From the NCBI RefSeq assembly GCF_006345805.1, contig NW_021833639.1:1-57144 (forward strand): a DNA stretch of 57,144 bases, in the 5' to 3' direction. The stretch comes from Octopus sinensis (Eukaryota). Of this stretch, positions 50,362 to 57,144 are shown piece after piece. The translations under genes and the position numbers were made by a program. Within the stretch, counting starts at the first letter, position 1. Each line of letters opens with the position of its first letter. The notes below the pieces were generated by a model, which saw only the letters and a list, made by a program, of their open reading frames with translations, was not told the origin of the DNA and did no database searches.

Positions 50362-53300
50362 ATCATCATCATCATCATCATCATCGTTTAACGTCCGTTT
50401 TCCGCGCTAGCACGGGTTGGACGGTTCGACCGGGGTCTGGGGAGCCAGGGGCTGCCCCAGGCTCCAGTCTGGTCTGGCAGTGTTTCTACAGCTGGATGCC
50501 CTTCCTAATGCCAACCACTCCGCGAGTGTAGTGGGTGCTTTTTACGTGCCACCTGCACAGGTGCCAGAGGGGTCTGGCATCGGCCATGATCGGTTGGTGC
50601 TTTTTTATGTGCTACCGGCACAGAAGCCAGTCAAGGCGGTGCTGGCATTGGTCACGTTTGGATGGTGCTTTTTATGTGCCACCGGCACAGAAGCCATTCG
50701 GGGCAGGGTTGGCATCGGTCACGTTCGGATGGTGCTTTTTATGTGCCACCGGCACATAAGCCAGTGGAGGCTGCACTGGCAACGGCCACGTTCGGATGGA
50801 GCTTTTTATGTGCCACCGGCACAGAAGCCAATGAAGGCTGCACTGGCAACGGCCACGTTCGGATGGTGCTTTTTATGTGTCACCGGCACAGGTATCACAA
50901 CTACTACTGTTTCCATTGATATTTGGTTCGATTCTCATGTACATGCACTTGACTCAACAGGTCTCCTCGAGCACAGCGAGATGTTCCGGTACATGCACTT
51001 GACTCACCAGGTCTCCTCCATAACAGCGAGATGTTCCGGGATCCCACGATCGGTTGGTGTGTGCCACCGGCACAGAAGCCATTCGAGGCGGTGTGTCACC
51101 GGCTCAGGTATCACAACTACAACTGATTCCATTGATATTTGGTTCGATTCTCATGTACATGTACATGGACATGCACTTGACTCAACAGGTCTCCTCAAGC
51201 ACAGCGAGATATTCCGGTACATGCACTTGACTCACCAGGTCTCCTCAAGCACAGCGAGATGTTCCGGGATCCCACGATCGGTTGGTGTGTGCCACCGGCA
51301 CAGAAGCCATTCGAGGCGGTGTGTCACCGACACAGGTATCACAACTACAACTGTTTCCATTGATTTTTGGTTCGATTCTCATGTACATGTACATGCACTT
51401 GACTCAACAGGTCTCCTCAAGCACAGCGAGATGTTCCGGGATCCCACGATCGGTTGGTGCTTTTTATGTGCCACCGGCACAGAAGCCAGTGGAGGCTGCA
51501 CTGGCAACGGCCACGTTCGGATGGTGCTGGCGGGGTTGGCATCGGTCACGTTCGGATGGAGCTTTTTATGTGCCACTGGCACCGAATCCAGTGGAGCCTG
51601 CACTGGCAACGGCCACGTTCGGATGGAGCTTTTTATGTGCCACCGGCACAGAAGCCAATGGAGGCTGCACTGGCAACAGCCACGTTCGGATGGTGCTTTT
51701 TATGTGTCACCGGCACAGGTATCACAACTACTACTGTTTCCATTGATATTTGGTTCGATTCTCATGTACATGCACTTGACTCAACAGGTCTCCTCGAGCA
51801 CAGCGAGATGTTCCGGTACATGCACTTGACTCACCAGGTCTCCTCCAGCACAGCGAGATGTTCCGGGATCCCACGATCGGTTGGTGCGTGCCACCGGCAC
51901 AGAAGCCATTCGAGGCAGTGTGTCACCGGCTCAGGTATCACAACTACAACTGATTCCATTGATATTTGGTACGATTCTCATGTACATGTATATGGACATG
52001 CACTTGACTCAACAGGTCTCCTCAAGCACAGCGAGATGTTCCGGGATCCCACGATCGGTTGGTGCTTTTTATGTGCCACCGGCACAGAAGCCAGTGGAGG
52101 CTGCACTGGCAATGGCCACGTTCGGATGGTGCTTTTTATGGGTCACCGGCACAGGTATCACAACTACTACTGTTTCCATTGATATTTGGTTCGATTCTCA
52201 TGTACATGCACTTGACTCAACAGGTCTCCTCAAGCACAGCGAGATGTTCCGGTACATGCACTTGACTCACCAGGTCTCCTCAAGCACAGCGAGATGTTCC
52301 GGGATCCCACGATCGGTTGGTGTGTGCCACCGGCACAGAAGCCATTCGAGGCAGTGTGTCACCGGCACAGGTATCACAACTACAACTGTTTCCATTGATA
52401 TTTGGTTCGATTCTCATGTACATGCGCTTGACTCAACAGGTCTCCTCAAGCACAGCGAGATGTTCCGGTATCCCACGATCGGTTGGTGCTCTTTATGTGC
52501 CACCGGCACAGAAGCCAGTGGAGGCTGCACTGGCAACGGCCACGTTCGGATGGTGCTGGCGGGGTTGGCATCGGTCACGTTCGGATGGTGCTGGCGGGGT
52601 TGGCATCGGTCACGTTCGGATGGAGCTTTTTATGTGCCACCGGCACATAAGCCAGTGGAGGCTGCACTGGCAATGGCCACATTCGGATGGTGCTTTTTAT
52701 GTGTCACCGGCACAGGTATCACAACTACTGTTTCCATTGATATTTGATTCGATGTTCATGTATCGATGTTCATGTATATGTATATGCACTTGACTCAACA
52801 GGTCTCCTCAAGCACAGCGAGATGTTCCGGGATCCAGGGTACTTTGGATGGGCAGAGGGCTATGCGGAACTGGTGCCGGAAGCATCTCGGGTCTTAGTAG
52901 TCACAGCACATCTCCAGAGATCTCGGTCCTTCGCCATTGCCTCAGTGAGGCCCAACGCTCTGAGGTCATGCTTGACTACCTCATCCCATGTCTTCCTGGG
53001 TCTACCTCTCCCCCTGATTCCTTCAACTGTTCGGGAGTGGCACTTCTTCACACATCTCTCCTCATCCATCCGCAGTACATGACCATACCATCGCAAGCGT
53101 CGCTCTTGCACACCGCATCTGATGCTTCTTATGCCTAGCATTTCTCTCAGGGTGCTTACACTCTGTCGTGCATTCACACTGACGTTACACATCCAGCGGA
53201 TCATGCTAGCTTCATTTCTTTCAAGTCTACGCATGTCCTCTGCAGTCACGGCCCATGATTCACTGCCGTGAAGCATGGCGGTTCGCACACATGCATCATA

Positions 53301-53922
53301 CAATCTACCTTTCACTCTGAGTGAGAGACCCTTTGTCGCCAGTAGGGGTAGGAGCTTTCTAATTTACCCAGGCTATTCGTATTCTAGTGGTGACACTCTC
53401 TGTGCATCCACCCCCACTACTAACTTGGTCACCCAGGTAGCGGAAACTATCAACTACTTCTAGTTTTTCCCCCTGGAGTGTGATGGAATCTGTTTTTTTA
53501 GTGTCTGTGGTGTCTATTGTCCCTGTGCATCTGCCGCACATGAAAGCTATCTTATCAGTTAATTTCCCTTTGATGTTGCTGCACCTCTTATGCGTCCATA
53601 GCTTACACTGGGTGCATCTTATGGAGTTTCTACCTACACCTTTCTTACAGCTCGAGCAGGGCCACCTGCCCGATGGGGTGTGTGCTGAGTTCGCCTTTCT
53701 GCATACTATAACTTTGGTCTTCGCTACATTTACTCTAAGATTCTAACCCTTGTTTCCACACCCGAAATTTCTTTTTTAGTTCTGGTAGTGATTCTGCTAT
53801 GAGGGCCAGGTCATCAGCATAGAGGAGCTCCCAGGGGCAACCTGTTTTGAATTCCTCTGTTATGGCCTGGAGGACTATGATGAATAAAAGGGGACTGAGG
53901 GCCGAGCCCTGGTGTACCCCTA
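50362..53922 (-). mobile_element. RTE LINE, 5'-truncated within RT, with expanded 3' UTR (copy 1)
   Basis: GVHQGSALSP, ELLYADDL, MLHGSESW, RRLRWYGHV, RPRKTW; (GAT)n tail. Confidence 0.93.
50520..52800. repeat. Modular higher-order tandem array within the RTE 3' UTR
   Basis: Module ggtatcacaactac...gagatgttccgg occurs 8 times, interleaved with 20-60-bp modules. Confidence 0.92.
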
Positions 53923-53942
53923 CGTATATATATATATGTGTA

Positions 53943-53983
<41 letters not shown>

Positions 53984-53985
<2 letters not shown>

Positions 53986-56900
53986 CATCATCATCATCAT
54001 TGTTTAACGTCTGTTTTCCGCGCTAGCACGGGTTGGACGGTTCGACCGGGGTCTGAGAAGCCAGGGGCTGCACCAGGCTCCAGTTTGATCTCACAGAGTT
54101 TCTACAGCTGGATGCCCTTCCTAATGCCCACCAATCCGCGAGTGTAGTGGGTGCTTTTTACGTGCCACCTGCACAGGTGCCAGGGGTGTCCGGCATCGGT
54201 CACGATCGGTTGGAGCTTTTAACGTCCTACCGGCACGGAAGCCAGACAAGGCAGCGCTGGCAACGGCCACGTTCGGATGGTGCTTTTTATGTGTCCACCG
54301 GGACAGAAGCCAGTCGGGGCGGCGCTGGCATCGGCCACATTCGGATGGTGCTTTTTATGTGCTACCGGCACAGAAGCCAGTCGATGCGGGGCTGGCAACG
54401 GCCACGTACGGATGGTTTATTTTTATGTGCCACCGGCACAGGTATCACAACTACTATTTCCATTGATATTTATTTCGATGTTCATGTTCATGTACTTGAC
54501 TCAACAGGTCTCCACAGCGAGATGTTCCGGGATCCAGGGTACTTTGAATGGGCAGAGGGCTATGCGGAACTGGTTCAGAAAGCAGCCCGGGTCTTTGCAG
54601 TCACAGCATATCTCCAGAGATCTCGGTCCTTCGCCATTGGCTTAGTGAGGCCCAACGCTCTGAAGTCATGCTTGACTACCTCATCCCAGGTCTTCCTGGG
54701 TCTCCCTCTCCACCTGATACCTTCAACTTTTTGGGAGTGGCACTACTTCACACATCTCTCCTCATCCATCCGCAGTACATGACCATACCATCGCAAGCGT
54801 CGCTCTTGCACACCACATCTGATGCTTCTTATGTCCAGCATTTCTCTCAGGGTGCTTACACTCTGTTGTGCGTGCACACTGACGTTACACATCGAGCGGA
54901 TCATGCTAGCTTCATTTCTTTCAAGTCTACGCATGTCCTCTGCAGTCACAGCCCATGTTTCACTACCGTGAAGCATGGCAGTTCGCACACATGCATCATA
55001 CAATCTACCTTTCGCTCTGAGCGAGAGGCCCTTTGTCGCCAGTAGGGGTAGGAGCTTTCTGAACTTTACCCAGGCTATTCGTATTCTAGTGGTGATACTC
55101 CCTGAGCATCCACCTCCACTACTAACTTGGTCACCCAGGTAGCGGAAACTATCAACTACTTCTAGTTTCTCCCCCTGGAGTGTGATAGAATCTCTTTTCT
55201 GAGTGTCTGTGGTGTCTATTGTCCCTGTGCATCTGCCGCACTTGAAAGCTATCTTATCAGTTAATTTCCCTTTGATGTTGCTGCACCTTTTATGCGTCTA
55301 TAGCTTACATTGGGTGCATCTTATGGAGTTTCTCTACCTACACCTTTCCTACAGATCAAGCAGGGCCACCTGCCCGAGGGTGTTTGTGCTGAGTTCGCCT
55401 TTCTGCTTACTATAACTTTGGTCTTTGCTACATTTACTCTAAGGCCCTTTGATTCTAACCCTTGCTTCCACACCCGAAATTTCTTTTCTAGTTCCGGTAG
55501 TGATTCTGCTATGAGAGCCAGGTCATCAGCATAGAGGAGCTCCCAGGGGCATCCTGTTTTGAATTCCTCTGTTATTGCCTGGAGGACTATGATGAATAAA
55601 AGGGGACTGAGGGCTGAGTCTTGGTGTACACCTACTTCTACCCAGAATTCTTCAATATATTCGTTGCCAATCCTTACCTTGCTGACAGCCTCTCTGTATA
55701 GAGCCTGTACAGCCCTTATTAGCCATTCGTCAACGTCCAGTTTCCGCATCGACCACCAGATAAGGGATCGGGGAACCCTGTCAAAGGCTTTCTCCAAGTC
55801 CACAAAAGCTATGTAGAGGGGTTTATGTTTAGCTAGGTACTTCTCCTGCAGTTGTCGGACCAGGCATATATCTCAGTGGTGCTTCTACACTACACGGCAC
55901 AAACGAACTGCATCTCATCTAAGCAATTCTCTCCCTAATGAGATGGTTATGACCCTCTCTGTGACCTTTATCACCTGATCCAACAGTTTGATACCCCTGT
56001 AGTTATTTCTATCTATAGCATCACCCTTACCCTTGTAGCAGTTGACTATGGTGCTGCTACACCAGTCATTGGGTATGACTCCATTATGAACTACCTGGTT
56101 TACAATGCGGGTGACTAGGCCATAGCCCATATAGCCAGCTGTTTTAAGCATCTCAGCAGTGATTCCTGATGGGCCAGGGGCTTTACCTGTTTTCATATCC
56201 TTAATTGCCTTAACTACAAGGGAGCTGTCTATTCGGGTAGCTGGTTCCTCTACTGGGACAACATTTTGCAGGCTCTCCTCCTCCCATTCATTCTCCTCAT
56301 TCAGCAGTCTTTCATAATGGCTTTGTCTACTGCACTGTTCCACCACCACGAAACTCTAGGTCTGGAAGGGACTTTGCACCATCCACAGACTCAGTCTGTG
56401 GCACTCAGCAAGCTGTCCCGTAGGAACTCCCAGCTACCTTCTATGTCCGACGTCTGAATCTCCTCCCTCTCATCAAATTTGTTGATGAGGATGTCCCTAA
56501 ATCTCTGAGCATGTGAAGGGTTTCTTTACTTTCTTCCAAATCCTTCTTTTCTGGATTGGTTTGTTTCTTGGAGTCCTTCTGGCCTCAAGCTAAAGTCATG
56601 ATGATTAGTCTATGCTGAGGGATACATTCTTCATCCGGGAGGGTCTTTGTATTCAAGAGCGACCCTGCATCCCGCTGTCTGGTGAGAATGAAGTCTATTT
56701 GGCTAGCGGAGTCTCCTGACTGATAGGTTATATGGTGGCAGTCAGGCTTCTTTAAGTTAGTGTTGCAGATTAAAAGGTTACATGCATCACAGAATTCCAG
56801 TAGTCTAGTTCCCTCATCATTTCTAGTGCCAATACCATGGCCACCGTGTACCCCAGTGAAGATACCCGATTCCCGCCCAACATGCCCATTAAAATCTCCA

Positions 56901-57144
56901 CCCACAAAGATGAGGTCCTTGCCACTAGTATTTGAAGTAGACTGTAGAAGGGTATCATAAAATTGGTCTTTCTGATCATTTGTTAATCCCACTTGTGGGG
57001 CATAGGCGGAGATAATCATAGCTGTGCCACTCTGTAGGACCAACCTGAGCTTAAGCACTCTATCGCAAACCCTGACAACCTCTTGACCTTATCCACCCAT
57101 TTCTCCACAAGGAGAATGCCTACACCTCCTACACCTTCCATGTT
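53984..57144 (-). mobile_element. RTE LINE (copy 2), APE-RT, with internal deletions; runs off the window end
   Basis: ISAYAPQ, GGDFNGHVG, QIDFIL; NYRGIKLL, DLEKAFDRVP, LYADDL; (GAT)n tail. Confidence 0.94.

Noticed and set aside
50520-52800. CRISPR-like look of the repeat array, and 242-470-aa plus-strand ORFs
   Set aside because: The intervening segments are themselves repeated modules of the RTE 3' UTR, not unique spacers; no cas genes; eukaryotic context. The ORFs are by-products of stop-poor modules.

Overview
AT-rich, microsatellite-dense eukaryotic DNA made almost entirely of transposable elements. The SINE and RTE-tail repertoire resembles what I recall of cephalopod (Octopus-like) genomes; that attribution is inference, not a database result. 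No confident host protein-coding gene was found. Recognisable contents: decayed Penelope-like retroelements (a Neptune-type copy, a Naiad-type copy and a GIY-YIG C-terminal relic); three CR1-group LINEs; a Tx1/L1-type LINE plus a 3' fragment; several RTE LINEs and RTE-tailed SINEs; a HERO-like fragment; tRNA-derived SINEs; mariner/Tc1 relics; and two Helitron-type elements. Highlights: (1) three unrelated, ORF-less, near-perfect palindromes between 12.7 and 20.1 kb, each carrying an outward-facing type I hammerhead ribozyme motif on both strands (six motifs, all with self-complementary stem III); (2) a RAG1/Transib-like transposase relic near 45.4-45.9 kb that the ORF track misses; (3) a 5'-inverted (twin-priming-like) RTE insertion with a perfect 9-bp TSD; (4) a covarying 3' stem-loop shared by LINEs and SINEs; (5) an approximately 2-kb modular expansion of an RTE 3' UTR. 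All structures were read by eye; nothing was computed or searched.
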